Positions 28,412 through 38,426 of a stretch of DNA of 64,000 nt are shown in pieces; position 1 is the stretch's first letter; each line of letters starts with the position of its first letter. The stretch comes from Candidatus Thorarchaeota archaeon (GTDB taxonomy: Archaea; Asgardarchaeota; Thorarchaeia; Thorarchaeales; Thorarchaeaceae): the NCBI GenBank assembly GCA_963726195.1, contig CAVSBO010000003.1, positions 451,011-515,010 of the forward strand, read 5' to 3'. The notes under the pieces are model-generated. The model was not told the DNA's origin, searched no databases, and saw only the letters and a program-made list of their open reading frames with translations. Made by a program: the position numbers and the translations under genes.

Positions 28412-28897
28412 ATGGTTCAAATCTACGAGAAGAGAATCGGACTGACCCCCATGGAACATGAGGCGATAAGCACCCCATCGGCTGTGTTTACGTCTAGAGT
28501 ACCCACTCGCGTGCGCCAATATCTCTACGAAGCCAAGCGCGATCTATTTCGCGAGAACTGGGGTCAGTGCGTGCTCGATACTCACAAGGCAATTGAAGCT
28601 GCCTACAAACAGCTGATTGCAGAGGCCAGCGAGAGAGATCAGGAAATCCGAGGAACCGTAGAAGAGCTGAAGAGAAAAAGAACACCTATTGACACGAGCA
28701 CAGCCGGGCAGCTACACCATCTCATGGTGGAAATGAAACAGCTGAAACGTGATAAGCTAGAATACTGGCTGAGCAAGGAAGTAACACAATACCGCCCAAG
28801 GGCACACGATGTCGAACACAGCGGAGCCTTTTCTCCCGAAGATGCTTGTCGTTGTGAGCTCTACACGGGTATTCTAATGAGAATCCTCTACGCCTAG
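28412..28897 (+). CDS. HEPN-like (DUF4145-like) small protein
   Basis: All-helical composition. The R-x5-H motif RAHDVEH is followed by SPEDA....L..ILMRILY, the layout of HEPN/DUF4145 domains. Confidence 0.45.
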   Translation: MVQIYEKRIGLTPMEHEAISTPSAVFTSRVPTRVRQYLYEAKRDLFRENWGQCVLDTHKAIEAAYKQLIAEASERDQEIRGTVEELKRKRTPIDTSTAGQLHHLMVEMKQLKRDKLEYWLSKEVTQYRPRAHDVEHSGAFSPEDACRCELYTGILMRILYA

Positions 28898-29286
28898 AGT
28901 TTTGCTGCCAGCCATGCCACTCTCAAATAACAGAGTGGCTTTTCGGAGATGTGTGTAGTAGTTTATAAAACCGAGCCAACAATGAGTAAACAAGGAGCCG
29001 ATGGGCAGTTCTCCAGCAGGAAACAGTCCAACCACCGGTTCCTCGTTGCACCGGGTCGAATCCCGCACCCAACGGAGTGTTCGGCCCTATGCAACTCCGT
29101 TCTCGTCTCATTATATAAACAACCCAGTGAGACATGACATTACGTTAAGTGGCCGCCCTATGGGTGTTCCGTTTCCAAACCGATTGGCAAGAACTACTTG
29201 AGAACATCTGATGATTTCGCATCTGTAGGCGTTTAATAGCGGATACAATAGTAGTACCCTGGGTCATTCTTCGTGGTCATTCAACC

Positions 29287-29697
29287 TCAGCCAAACCGGA
29301 TTGGCACATGATACCGCCTCCGTCTTTCCTCCTCCTGTGACACCTCTCTGACAATGTCTGAGTACGTCTGCAGATTCTGAGCCATGGGAAGCAAACGGGT
29401 CCGGTATTTGTTGGCGCTCAGCCCAGAATAGACAAAATGCGCCCACAAGAGGGCCATGAGCGCAAACAGCGCGATGAAAACGTAATACGACAGCACATCC
29501 CCACCTAGTAGTCTTTCTCCTTGGCCAATCAAGAAAGAAATGAGCCCGAGGAGCAAAAGCATAACCAGCGATGGGACATCAAGCCCATAGAGAATTCCGG
29601 CGGAGACCCAACCGGGTCCATCAAGCCAGCTTCTCTTCTTTCTGCGGTCAACATATCCCAGGCTGCATCGGCCTTCTCTTCCACAAGTGAGCCACAT
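29287..29697 (-). CDS. Multi-TM membrane protein, C-terminal part of a split gene
   Basis: Helices VSAGILYGLDVPSLVMLLLLGLISFLIG and VLSYYVFIALFALMALLWAHFVY. It overlaps 29529-30095 in another frame. Confidence 0.45.
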   Translation of the reverse strand: MWLTCGREGRCSLGYVDRRKKRSWLDGPGWVSAGILYGLDVPSLVMLLLLGLISFLIGQGERLLGGDVLSYYVFIALFALMALLWAHFVYSGLSANKYRTRLLPMAQNLQTYSDIVREVSQEEERRRRYHVPIRFG

Positions 29698-30095
29698 CCC
29701 AATGCTAAGATTTCGGCAGCGAATATGAAAAGCACTACTGCAAAAATGACAGGCAGTTCGGATTCAGTTAGAGGAAGGGGATGCAGAAAAATCAGGGCAA
29801 TGAACATCGCGAGGATCATAAGGCTGCCTGAAGGAATGCCGACCAATAGGAAGCGCCAGAATGTCTTGACGAGAAGCAGTCTCACTTCTACTGCATCTTT
29901 CAAGTCCGCATAGGCGCGAATGAAAAGGACGTATCCAGTGGCGATCCCCAGGAAGATACGTACGTAGTCCCCGAGTCCCAAGAGCCACCAGAATGCGGAA
30001 ACAAAGGTCATGATTGCGACAGACCAGTTGGCTTCCTTGTCCAACCTCACTAGTTCCTCGTTGTTGACCTGTTTACGAAGAATCTCACGCAACAC
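29529..30095 (-). CDS. Multi-TM membrane protein, N-terminal part
   Basis: Four hydrophobic helices and a GTG start. The first 46 nt overlap the end of the upstream 118-aa gene. Confidence 0.5.
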   Translation of the reverse strand: MLREILRKQVNNEELVRLDKEANWSVAIMTFVSAFWWLLGLGDYVRIFLGIATGYVLFIRAYADLKDAVEVRLLLVKTFWRFLLVGIPSGSLMILAMFIALIFLHPLPLTESELPVIFAVVLFIFAAEILALGCGSLVEEKADAAWDMLTAERREAGLMDPVGSPPEFSMGLMSHRWLCFCSSGSFLS

Positions 30096-30406
30096 CAGTT
30101 AGGATTAACGTCAATCGCGTCGCGTATCAGCCTGGTTGTATCAAGGGTGTGCCAATTGGATGTTACGACCTCGACTCTCATTGGCCCTTGACGACTACCC
30201 GATAGATGGACCGCCAGCTGGCGGTCCTCCCAAGTCCATGTGCAAATTGGCCGTGAGTATCCGTTGTTCCGTACGGCTGGCTGAGGCCGCTCTACGGGAC
30301 AACCGAGTTCACCACAGAATATGCGAAGAAGACTAGCGTAGCTTTCCATGACATCAAAGATGTCCTCATCATCCTTTGCATGATTCACAGCTTTGATAGA
30401 TGCCAT
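30050..30406 (-). CDS. Hypothetical small cytoplasmic protein, first gene of a two-gene minus-strand unit
   Basis: ORF with normal composition, translationally overlapping the downstream membrane gene. No motif recognised. Confidence 0.4.
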   Translation of the reverse strand: MASIKAVNHAKDDEDIFDVMESYASLLRIFCGELGCPVERPQPAVRNNGYSRPICTWTWEDRQLAVHLSGSRQGPMRVEVVTSNWHTLDTTRLIRDAIDVNPNWCCVRFFVNRSTTRN

Positions 30407-31011
30407 TGCCCCTTGCTCAGAAGAAGACTACTAGACGCTAAGACAACTGGATACGCTCGCCTATTTCTGTTTTGCCGCTCATGACCAGTACGATACCATG
30501 TGAGCATACCGGAAGGCAACAGGCTCTGAAATGCGTCCGGCCAATTCGGTTCTCGTGTCTTGACACCAACCTAGGTTCGGCGATTACACTGCTGGTCTTG
30601 GCCACGCTTTGGTTCTCGCCTTATCTGGCATTCCAATTCAAACGGCGGAGATTTACGGACACATCTTTCTTTGCTTTGTCCTCGCCAATCTCCATGGAGT
30701 TGTCTGGTCGGGAAATCATTAACGACGACGTGACCCAGCTTCTTGAGGCCCTCGGACGTTCAGCCGGGAAAAGACACAACAGAGTCCGACAGTTGAGTCG
30801 GAGCGGCCGAACACCCATCTACGCAGCAATCCACAAAGAACCCGTCTCTTGCCTGAGCGACTATCATCCACTTGGAAGTTCAGAATAGGTGAGGATGACT
30901 ACATAATAAGGCCAGATTGGACATCCTCCACGGAAGGCATCTATGTCGCTGCAAAGGTTTATCATCAATACACCATGAAGACGATGTGACTGAGGACGAT
31001 ATCGCACCTCA

Positions 31012-31641
31012 ATGTTTCGCAATCGGGGGCCAATACAGGTGATTGTAGAATCGATAAGAGTGCAGAATTTTCGATCGATAAGGGACCAGACTCTTGCACT
31101 CGACGAACTAACGATGCTTGTGGGTCCTAATGGCGCGGGGAAGTCTTCGTTTCTGAAGGCCCTGAACCTCTTTCATACTCCAAGTGCAGCCTACAACGAG
31201 GACGATTTCTACAACAAGGATAGCAGCAGAGAGATTGTCACAGCTGTAACATTCGGCTGCCTGACCACCGTAGAGAAGGAATTGTTCCGCAAATACGTTG
31301 AGGGCGACAAACTGACAGTTGAAAAGGTGATGACTTGGCCCAAAGACCGAACGAGTCAGAAGTATCACGGATCCAGATTGATGAATGAAGAGTTCAGCCA
31401 GTTCAGGAAGGCAACCGGCCAAAGTCTCAGAGCGGAGTACAACAAGCTCCGCGAGGGTAAGTACAAACACTCCCCGGCCTACACAAACAAGGAAGACGCT
31501 GAGCAATCATTACAGAGTGGGAGAGTTCCAATCCAACCAACTGTACGAGACAACGGGACGATGGTCAGTTCTTTGGCTTCAAGGAGGTTGGGACTGCGCA
31601 TCTTGAACGATTCTGGAGGTACATATTCGTTCCGGCCGTGA
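31012..31641 (+). CDS. OLD-family ATPase/TOPRIM nuclease, fragment 1 (Walker A region)
   Basis: IESIRVQNFRSIRDQTLALDELTMLVGPNGAGKSSFLKAL is a typical AAA_15/OLD N-terminus. Confidence 0.7.
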   Translation: MFRNRGPIQVIVESIRVQNFRSIRDQTLALDELTMLVGPNGAGKSSFLKALNLFHTPSAAYNEDDFYNKDSSREIVTAVTFGCLTTVEKELFRKYVEGDKLTVEKVMTWPKDRTSQKYHGSRLMNEEFSQFRKATGQSLRAEYNKLREGKYKHSPAYTNKEDAEQSLQSGRVPIQPTVRDNGTMVSSLASRRLGLRILNDSGGTYSFRP

Positions 31642-31782
31642 GAGATGCCTCAGAAGACGCGCAGGAAAGCAAGGACAGCCCCCTAACTGAGATTATGAAC
31701 CTCGTAGTAAGAAGCGTGTTGCAGAGTCGAAAGGAGATACAACTACTAAAGGAGCGAACTGAGCTCAGACTACAATGCTATA

Positions 31783-32187
31783 ATGGATGAAGCGAAACGC
31801 ACGGAGATGCGAAATCTCGAGACCAGTCTCAATTCCTCTCTTCGCACCTATGTCCCGACTGCGAGTGTTCAGCTGAGCTGGGACCTGACGACTGAAGTTG
31901 ACATTCCTTCACCCCGCGCATACGTCAACCTCGTTGAAGACGATTATCCAACTCCTGTCGAGCGTTGCGGACATGGACTTCAGCGAGCATACATCTTGAC
32001 CATGCTTCAGCAACTGGCTTATGCCCAGGCTGCGGCCAAGCTGGCAGAGGACGAAGCTACCGGAGAAATACCAGGTGCCGAGCCAGGCTATCTGATTGGC
32101 ATCGAAGAACCGGAACTGTATCAACACCCTAACAGACAGCGCCACCTATTCAAGATTCTCCAAAAGCTCGTCCCGCGGCGGTATTGA
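31783..32187 (+). CDS. OLD-family ATPase/TOPRIM nuclease, fragment 2 (ABC-like signature and Walker B region)
   Basis: GHGLQRAYILTML and LIGIEEPELYQHPNRQRHL. The bridging segment 31565-31786 reads QFFGFKEVG...IFVPAVRDASEDA... in a third frame. Confidence 0.65.
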   Translation: MDEAKRTEMRNLETSLNSSLRTYVPTASVQLSWDLTTEVDIPSPRAYVNLVEDDYPTPVERCGHGLQRAYILTMLQQLAYAQAAAKLAEDEATGEIPGAEPGYLIGIEEPELYQHPNRQRHLFKILQKLVPRRY

Positions 32188-32992
32188 AGGTATCGCAAAG
32201 AATACTCAGATAATCTGCAGTACGCACTCGCCACTTTTCGTTGACATCAGGTTGTTCAGCAATATCAGACGAATCTACAAAGTTCAAACCCAAGCAGAGA
32301 ATCCAAAGGAGAGTATAGTGATCAGGACGACCCTTGACGACGTGGCTGCTAGGATTGGCTTTGCGGACCAGAAGCCACAGGGCACGTTTACTGGCACAGC
32401 CCTCGAACCAAGGCTTCAGACTCTCATGACACCGTGGATGAATGAAGGCTTCTTTGCGGATGCCGCAGTTCTGGTCGAGGGCGAAGAGGACAGAGCGCTA
32501 ATCCTAGGAGTAGCCCAGACAATGGGATGCAATCTCGAAGGCAATGGCATCTCTGTCATTCCGTGTATGGGAAAGACTAACCTCGACCGACCTGCAACTG
32601 TCTTCAGCTTGCTCGGCATTCCAGTGTACATGATTTGGGATTCTGACCACGAAGGCAAGGATGCCCTTCCCGAAGACAATCATAGGCTTCTGAGGTTGTT
32701 GGGTGTGGCCGTGGAAGACTGGCCCGATGAGATTGCAGACAACTATGCATGTTTCGAGCATACCATCTCAAAGACGTTCCAGGAGGAGATTGGAGAGGAA
32801 GTATTCAGTGATCGTCTGAAAGCATGCCAAAGCAGATTCTCTATCAGGAAGAAAGACCATGCCATGAAGAACCCTCTTGTAATTCAGAGTATCGTCGAAG
32901 AAGCCAAGACATTGGGACACACGAGCAAATCGTTAGAAGACATCGTCACGAGGTTGACTCGACTCGTTCACCAAGAGGCAAGCGAGAACTAG
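32096..32992 (+). CDS. OLD-family ATPase/TOPRIM nuclease, fragment 3 (end of the ATPase plus the TOPRIM domain)
   Basis: ICSTHSPLFVD, then TOPRIM-like AVLVEGEEDRALI and VYMIWDSDHEG. Confidence 0.7.
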   Translation: MASKNRNCINTLTDSATYSRFSKSSSRGGIEGIAKNTQIICSTHSPLFVDIRLFSNIRRIYKVQTQAENPKESIVIRTTLDDVAARIGFADQKPQGTFTGTALEPRLQTLMTPWMNEGFFADAAVLVEGEEDRALILGVAQTMGCNLEGNGISVIPCMGKTNLDRPATVFSLLGIPVYMIWDSDHEGKDALPEDNHRLLRLLGVAVEDWPDEIADNYACFEHTISKTFQEEIGEEVFSDRLKACQSRFSIRKKDHAMKNPLVIQSIVEEAKTLGHTSKSLEDIVTRLTRLVHQEASEN

Positions 32993-33244
32993 ATTCATCT
33001 TGACGTAAACATCATTCTCAACGATTCGTGACATCAACGCGATGCGCTGTCGCGCCAACTTGAGCCGGAATCTGGCATGTGATGCATGGGCAAGAGGGAT
33101 CTGCCAAGAATCTCAGCGTGATCGCAGTATGAAGTTGGTGGTTTAAAGGAAGGCCTCAATACCCCAGAAAACACAAATAACCATAGGTCAATAGACCATT
33201 TGCGCCATTAGGCTTTGCCCTTAGGGTTCAAAGCCAGCAGAGAT

Positions 33245-33327
33245 GCCGCCGTAGCCTAATGGTTATGGCGCAGGTCCGATAAACCTGTACCCTTCGTGGT
33301 TTGGGGGTTCGAGTCCCCCCGGCGCAT
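33245..33327 (+). tRNA. tRNA-like gene with anticodon-loop triplet GAU (Ile?) and non-canonical features
   Basis: Acceptor GCCGCCG, D-arm GCCT/AATGGTTA/TGGC, anticodon stem CAGGT/ACCTG with loop CCGATAA, a 15-nt variable region TACCCTTCGTGGTTT, and T-arm GGGGG/TTCGAGT/CCCCC. The 3-prime acceptor CGGCGCA pairs fully only if one G is added. Confidence 0.6.
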
Positions 33328-33531
33328 CACTATGTTCTCGAAGGTCGGGCTTAGGGATGTGATACTCGCTTCATGCTCGTTGATTGTTTCAGAAAGATGC
33401 GTCATCCGAGTAGGAGTTTCCAGAATCATCGCTGATAGAGAGATCTTGCTTCTTCTCAAACATGTCGGGGGTCACGCAGCAGCTTGATGGATGCCTGTCG
33501 CGCGTGACTCCGACGTGAAAAATAGAGATTA

Positions 33532-34574
<1,043 letters not shown>

Positions 34575-34670
34575 GTTGATTCACGACCTTGGCTGCAGCA
34601 GACTGAATCTTACTGAAAAAGCTTGTCAACAACATCGATAATCATTGGCCGCACGTTTGGCCATTGACCT

Positions 34671-35879
34671 TTGGGGTTCATCAACCACAAGCCCTGCCTT
34701 CGCCAAGACTTATCTAGCGGCTTGCGTATTTGGAAAGGCTATACTTCTCGCTACAAGGGGAGAAATGTGAAGAAGATAATCAAATTCGGCCTTTCCTTGG
34801 TGGGACCTATCGTAATGATAGTGATTCTCACCATGCCGATAGGCCCACTGGCTGGCGGTCTCGGGATACTGCAGCCAATCGGTGGCATCTTCGATGTCGG
34901 GCGAGCCGTCACCGAACCCACCGCACAGACTGTGAACTTACCCGGTCTCACCGCCCAAGCTACTGTGCTTGTCGATCAATGGGGAATACCCCACATATAC
35001 GCAAGCACAGTTGAGGATGCATACATGGCCCTAGGCTACCTGCATGCAAAGGACCGTCTTTTCCAGATGGTCATACAGAACTACCTAGCTGAAGGCCGCA
35101 TCTGTGAACTGGTGGGTGCCTACGCAGCCAGCTCGGACAGGTTCTATCGCACGATAGGGCTTGCAAGAGCGGCGCAGAGAACACTCGACTGGTACGTGGC
35201 GAACAGTGCAAACCCTGACATCGCGTCTGGTCTCAAGGTCATTGACGCTGAGTGCGCTGGAGTCAACGCCTTCATCAAGTCGATGACAAGCGTCACGACG
35301 CCCTTGGAGTTCAAGATTCTAGGATTCACACCACAGCCTTGGACTCGTCTGGATGTATTCGTCTGGGCAAAGATGATGACGTGGGGTCTGTCTGGCGACA
35401 CGTACGACCTAGAAAGAGAATGGGTAAGGACCACAGTCAACAACGACACTATGTACAACCAACTCTTTACTGATGTGATGCCCTTCGAGATTCCCATAGT
35501 GCCTGAGCAGACAAACCTGAGCATCGTCACATATCCGAACGCACCTGGAAACGTCACGGTGTCAGCCTATCAACAGAATCCTGTCGTGGAGAAGACTGCC
35601 GCAGAGGCATTGATACCTCAGGCAAAACTCCAGGCGGTAATGAAACTCCTTGCGTCCATAATCCAGGCTCCTGGGCCGGATGACATCATAGGTAGCAACA
35701 ACTGGGCTGTCAATGGCTCAAAGTCTACAACGGGGAAGCCGATACTGTGCAACGACCCTCATCTTGGGCTTCAAGCACCATCACTCTGGTATGAGGCACA
35801 AATCGTTGTGCCCGGTCAGACTCAATGTGATGGGTGTGACACTGCCGGGCCTTCCTGCAGTGCTTCTAGGTCACAATGA
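34671..35879 (+). CDS. Penicillin acylase family (Ntn hydrolase S45) protein, fragment 1
   Basis: QWGIPHIYASTVEDAYMALGYLHAKDRLFQM, with the nucleophile region GSNNWAVNGSKSTTGKPILCNDPHL. The likely start is the GTG at 34767, just before a TM/signal helix. Confidence 0.8.
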   Translation: MGFINHKPCLRQDLSSGLRIWKGYTSRYKGRNVKKIIKFGLSLVGPIVMIVILTMPIGPLAGGLGILQPIGGIFDVGRAVTEPTAQTVNLPGLTAQATVLVDQWGIPHIYASTVEDAYMALGYLHAKDRLFQMVIQNYLAEGRICELVGAYAASSDRFYRTIGLARAAQRTLDWYVANSANPDIASGLKVIDAECAGVNAFIKSMTSVTTPLEFKILGFTPQPWTRLDVFVWAKMMTWGLSGDTYDLEREWVRTTVNNDTMYNQLFTDVMPFEIPIVPEQTNLSIVTYPNAPGNVTVSAYQQNPVVEKTAAEALIPQAKLQAVMKLLASIIQAPGPDDIIGSNNWAVNGSKSTTGKPILCNDPHLGLQAPSLWYEAQIVVPGQTQCDGCDTAGPSCSASRSQ

Positions 35880-36459
35880 CCACATTGCGTGGGGCTTCAC
35901 AAATGTCGGTGCCGATGTCACGGATGTCTTCGTGGAGAAACTGAACCCTGCCAATTCATCTCAATACTGGTACAATGGACACTATGTTCCATTCAAGGTC
36001 TACGACGAAACCATTCACACAAAAGAGGGAACTGACATACCCTTGCAAGTCAAAGAGTCAGTACATGGTCCTTTGATTGATTCTGCATTGAGCACCTACG
36101 GAACCGACACTGAGAGTCAGCCGAACCTCGCAATGAATTGGACTGGGTACGGCGTCACTCATGAACTCCTGGCAGCGGAGATGCTGAACCGTGCAACCAA
36201 CCTCGCGCAGTACTTTGACGCGCTATACTTCTGGGACAGTCCTGCTCAGAACATCATATACGCAGATGACGCAGGACACATCGCGATAACCTGCGCAGGA
36301 AGATATCCAATCAGGGCAGGATACACAGGTGAATACCCGGTGGCTGCGTACAACGACTCAGTTGGAATGGTAAGCTACATTCCGTATGCGTACATTCCAC
36401 GCTCAGTCGACCCAGCACAAGGCTACTTGGCGTCTGCGAACCAGAGGTCAATAGACTGA
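35713..36459 (+). CDS. Penicillin acylase family protein, fragment 2
   Basis: LNVMGVTLPGLPAVLLGHNDHIAWGFTNVGADVTDVF continues the family alignment after a frameshift near 35815. Confidence 0.75.
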   Translation: MAQSLQRGSRYCATTLILGFKHHHSGMRHKSLCPVRLNVMGVTLPGLPAVLLGHNDHIAWGFTNVGADVTDVFVEKLNPANSSQYWYNGHYVPFKVYDETIHTKEGTDIPLQVKESVHGPLIDSALSTYGTDTESQPNLAMNWTGYGVTHELLAAEMLNRATNLAQYFDALYFWDSPAQNIIYADDAGHIAITCAGRYPIRAGYTGEYPVAAYNDSVGMVSYIPYAYIPRSVDPAQGYLASANQRSID

Positions 36460-36645
36460 GCAAGTACGGGTACCAACTGCTGGGACCATTCGATGATGGC
36501 TATCGTGGTCGACGCATCAACTACCTGCTCAATAGCACTCCAACTGTTTCCATAGACGACATGAAGAGGTTCCAGGCGGACTCGTTGGAGGTCGCTGCCC
36601 AACAGATCGTGCCTTATGTCGTAGCAGCTTGGGACTGGTTGGGAG

Positions 36646-37344
36646 ATGGCAATAGCGACCATTGACAGTGTAGCCAACGAACTCAGCAGCTGGAACTACG
36701 TGATGGATACAGACACTTGGGCTCCAACGGTCTGGATGTACCTGAAAGATGCCATTCACTACCTGACCTTCGACGAACTGCGATCCATTAACCCAGATCT
36801 TCCTCTATCTCGCACACCAGTACTGGAGAAACTAATCAAAGACAATAACGCCTACTACTTTGACGACCACACGACGACCGGCAAAGTGGAGACCCGCGAC
36901 CAGATCTTGGTGGAAGCCCTGCATAGAGCAGTAGATCAGATGGTCCAGCAATATGGCAACGACAAAGCGAATTGGCTCTATGGTCTGTACCACAGGGTCT
37001 ACTTGGACCATCTGGCTGGCTTCACGTACATAGGCGGTGGACCTGCCCGTGGACAACAGACCCTGAATGCTGCAGGTGGATGGAGGGTCACGCATGGACC
37101 TTCCTGGAGAATGGTGGCTGATCTCAGCAACCTTCAGAAGTCGTACGGCGTCTATCCGGGTGGACAGAGCGGCAACATGTTCAGCCCTCACTGGGACGAC
37201 TTGTTCAAGCTCTGGTATGCATACAACAAGACAACGCAGCAGTACGGATACCACCCAATGTACTTCTACTCGACCGCAGCGGCGTTTCAAGCAGCTGACA
37301 CAGCCGGAACAATGATCGAGAGAACCATCACCTTTGTGGGCTAG
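36646..37344 (+). CDS. Penicillin acylase family protein, fragment 4 (C-terminal)
   Basis: HGPSWRMVADLSNLQKSYGVYPGGQSGNMFSPHWDDLFKLW is a typical S45 C-terminus. Fragment 3 (KYGYQLLGPFDDGYRGRRINYLL...) lies at about 36462-36665 in another frame. Confidence 0.75.
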   Translation: MAIATIDSVANELSSWNYVMDTDTWAPTVWMYLKDAIHYLTFDELRSINPDLPLSRTPVLEKLIKDNNAYYFDDHTTTGKVETRDQILVEALHRAVDQMVQQYGNDKANWLYGLYHRVYLDHLAGFTYIGGGPARGQQTLNAAGGWRVTHGPSWRMVADLSNLQKSYGVYPGGQSGNMFSPHWDDLFKLWYAYNKTTQQYGYHPMYFYSTAAAFQAADTAGTMIERTITFVG

Positions 37345-37349
37345 GAGGC

Positions 37350-37643
37350 ATGGCAATGAGAAAACTCGATGATATATTCCCAAACCTCGGATTCGTGAAA
37401 GCGCTCATCGTCGTGATCGTACTGGCTATCGCTCTTGAGTTGAGCGGAGCATGGATTACAATGCTGATCGCTGGAGCGTTCGGAGGTCTGTTCACAAGAA
37501 AGACCTTACACGCATTTCTAGTGGGGCTGCTAGGTGTTGGCCTCGCATGGGGCGTTCTCTTCCTGTACCTGTCCATGACAGCCCAAGCCATGGCCATTGC
37601 GAACATCTTCATAGGGCTCCTAGGCCTACACGGCATGGGCTGA
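37350..37643 (+). CDS. Small multi-TM membrane protein; probably continues to about 37770 in another frame
   Basis: Three hydrophobic helices. After 37640 a shifted frame gives a fourth helix, LVLFVSILIGALLGGFGGLLG. Confidence 0.45.
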   Translation: MAMRKLDDIFPNLGFVKALIVVIVLAIALELSGAWITMLIAGAFGGLFTRKTLHAFLVGLLGVGLAWGVLFLYLSMTAQAMAIANIFIGLLGLHGMG

Positions 37644-37778
37644 CTCGTGTTGTTCGTGAGCATCCTCATTGGGGCATTGCTCGGGGGCTTCGGCGGCCTG
37701 CTTGGAAGGTCTCTGGCTGAAGTTATAGACGACATGTCAGGCAAAGGCTCTGCCGCGGCCACTCCAGCGTAGTATCCG

Positions 37779-38426
37779 TTACAGCGAAACGGCCGGAGAC
37801 TTAATGGGCTCCGGCCTTGTTTCTTCTTTTTGCTCGGGCTGAGTGGCTACGTGAAGTGACCGAAGTCCGAAGAATCTCAGAATAAGCGTGATAGCGACAG
37901 CCGAGAGAGCGGCGACAGAGGCGATTATGAGCACTCCTGCTGGGGTCCATGCAGCGACTTGATCGATTGAGATTTCAATGTGCTTGCGGAAGATAGAGTC
38001 ACTATAGTAGACAACATACCACCTGCCACTTTCTGGCACTTCGGTTCTCCAAGAACAACTAGACACATGATCCTTGGTCAGAATGGTTGTTGCTTGCTTT
38101 CCGTTCACCCAGAGATCGTGGTTCTTCTGGTCACAGATCATGATGCTTGCACCTTGAATCAACCAAAGGTCATACTTGGTTTGGTCGCCCGGAAAGAGGT
38201 CGCCGTCCTGCTTCACTTGGAGGGTTCCTGAGAGAACATCGTGGGCATTACAGTCGAATGCATACTGCTCTGATGACCAAGCCTCCAGCCAGAAGTCACG
38301 AGTCCCAGTGAAAGCAGATCCTGGCCGGACAAACAAGCCTTGGACCACGAACAACGAGACAAAAGCCGCCACGAAAACAACAAGCAAAGACCGTTTCCCG
38401 TACCGCATTTCTGAGAACCCCTGCAC
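37779..38426 (-). CDS. Secreted protein with C-terminal TM anchor, paralog of 45007-45693
   Basis: Signal-like N-terminus SLLVVFVAAFVSLFVVQG, a shared core (DVLSG....DGDLF.., W...VPE.G.WY.VY) and a C-terminal helix. Confidence 0.55.
   Translation of the reverse strand: MQGFSEMRYGKRSLLVVFVAAFVSLFVVQGLFVRPGSAFTGTRDFWLEAWSSEQYAFDCNAHDVLSGTLQVKQDGDLFPGDQTKYDLWLIQGASIMICDQKNHDLWVNGKQATTILTKDHVSSCSWRTEVPESGRWYVVYYSDSIFRKHIEISIDQVAAWTPAGVLIIASVAALSAVAITLILRFFGLRSLHVATQPEQKEETRPEPIKSPAVSL

Noticed and set aside
29035-29070. tRNA-like T-arm (ccgggtcgaatcccgc) inside the island, considered as a possible tRNA fragment or att remnant
   Set aside because: Only a 4-bp stem with a 6-nt loop can be drawn. 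There is no matching acceptor, D-arm or anticodon arm upstream. It does not resemble the T-arm of the tRNA at 33245-33327.
29205-29280. Possible C/D box sRNA starting at ctgatga (about 29211)
   Set aside because: No D-prime/C-prime/D boxes (CTGA / TGATGA / CTGA) occur at the required spacing downstream.
30472-30888. 138-aa ORF upstream of the OLD gene
   Set aside because: The composition is marginal (Ser/Arg/Cys-rich N-terminus) and there is no motif. It may be real, but I cannot support it.
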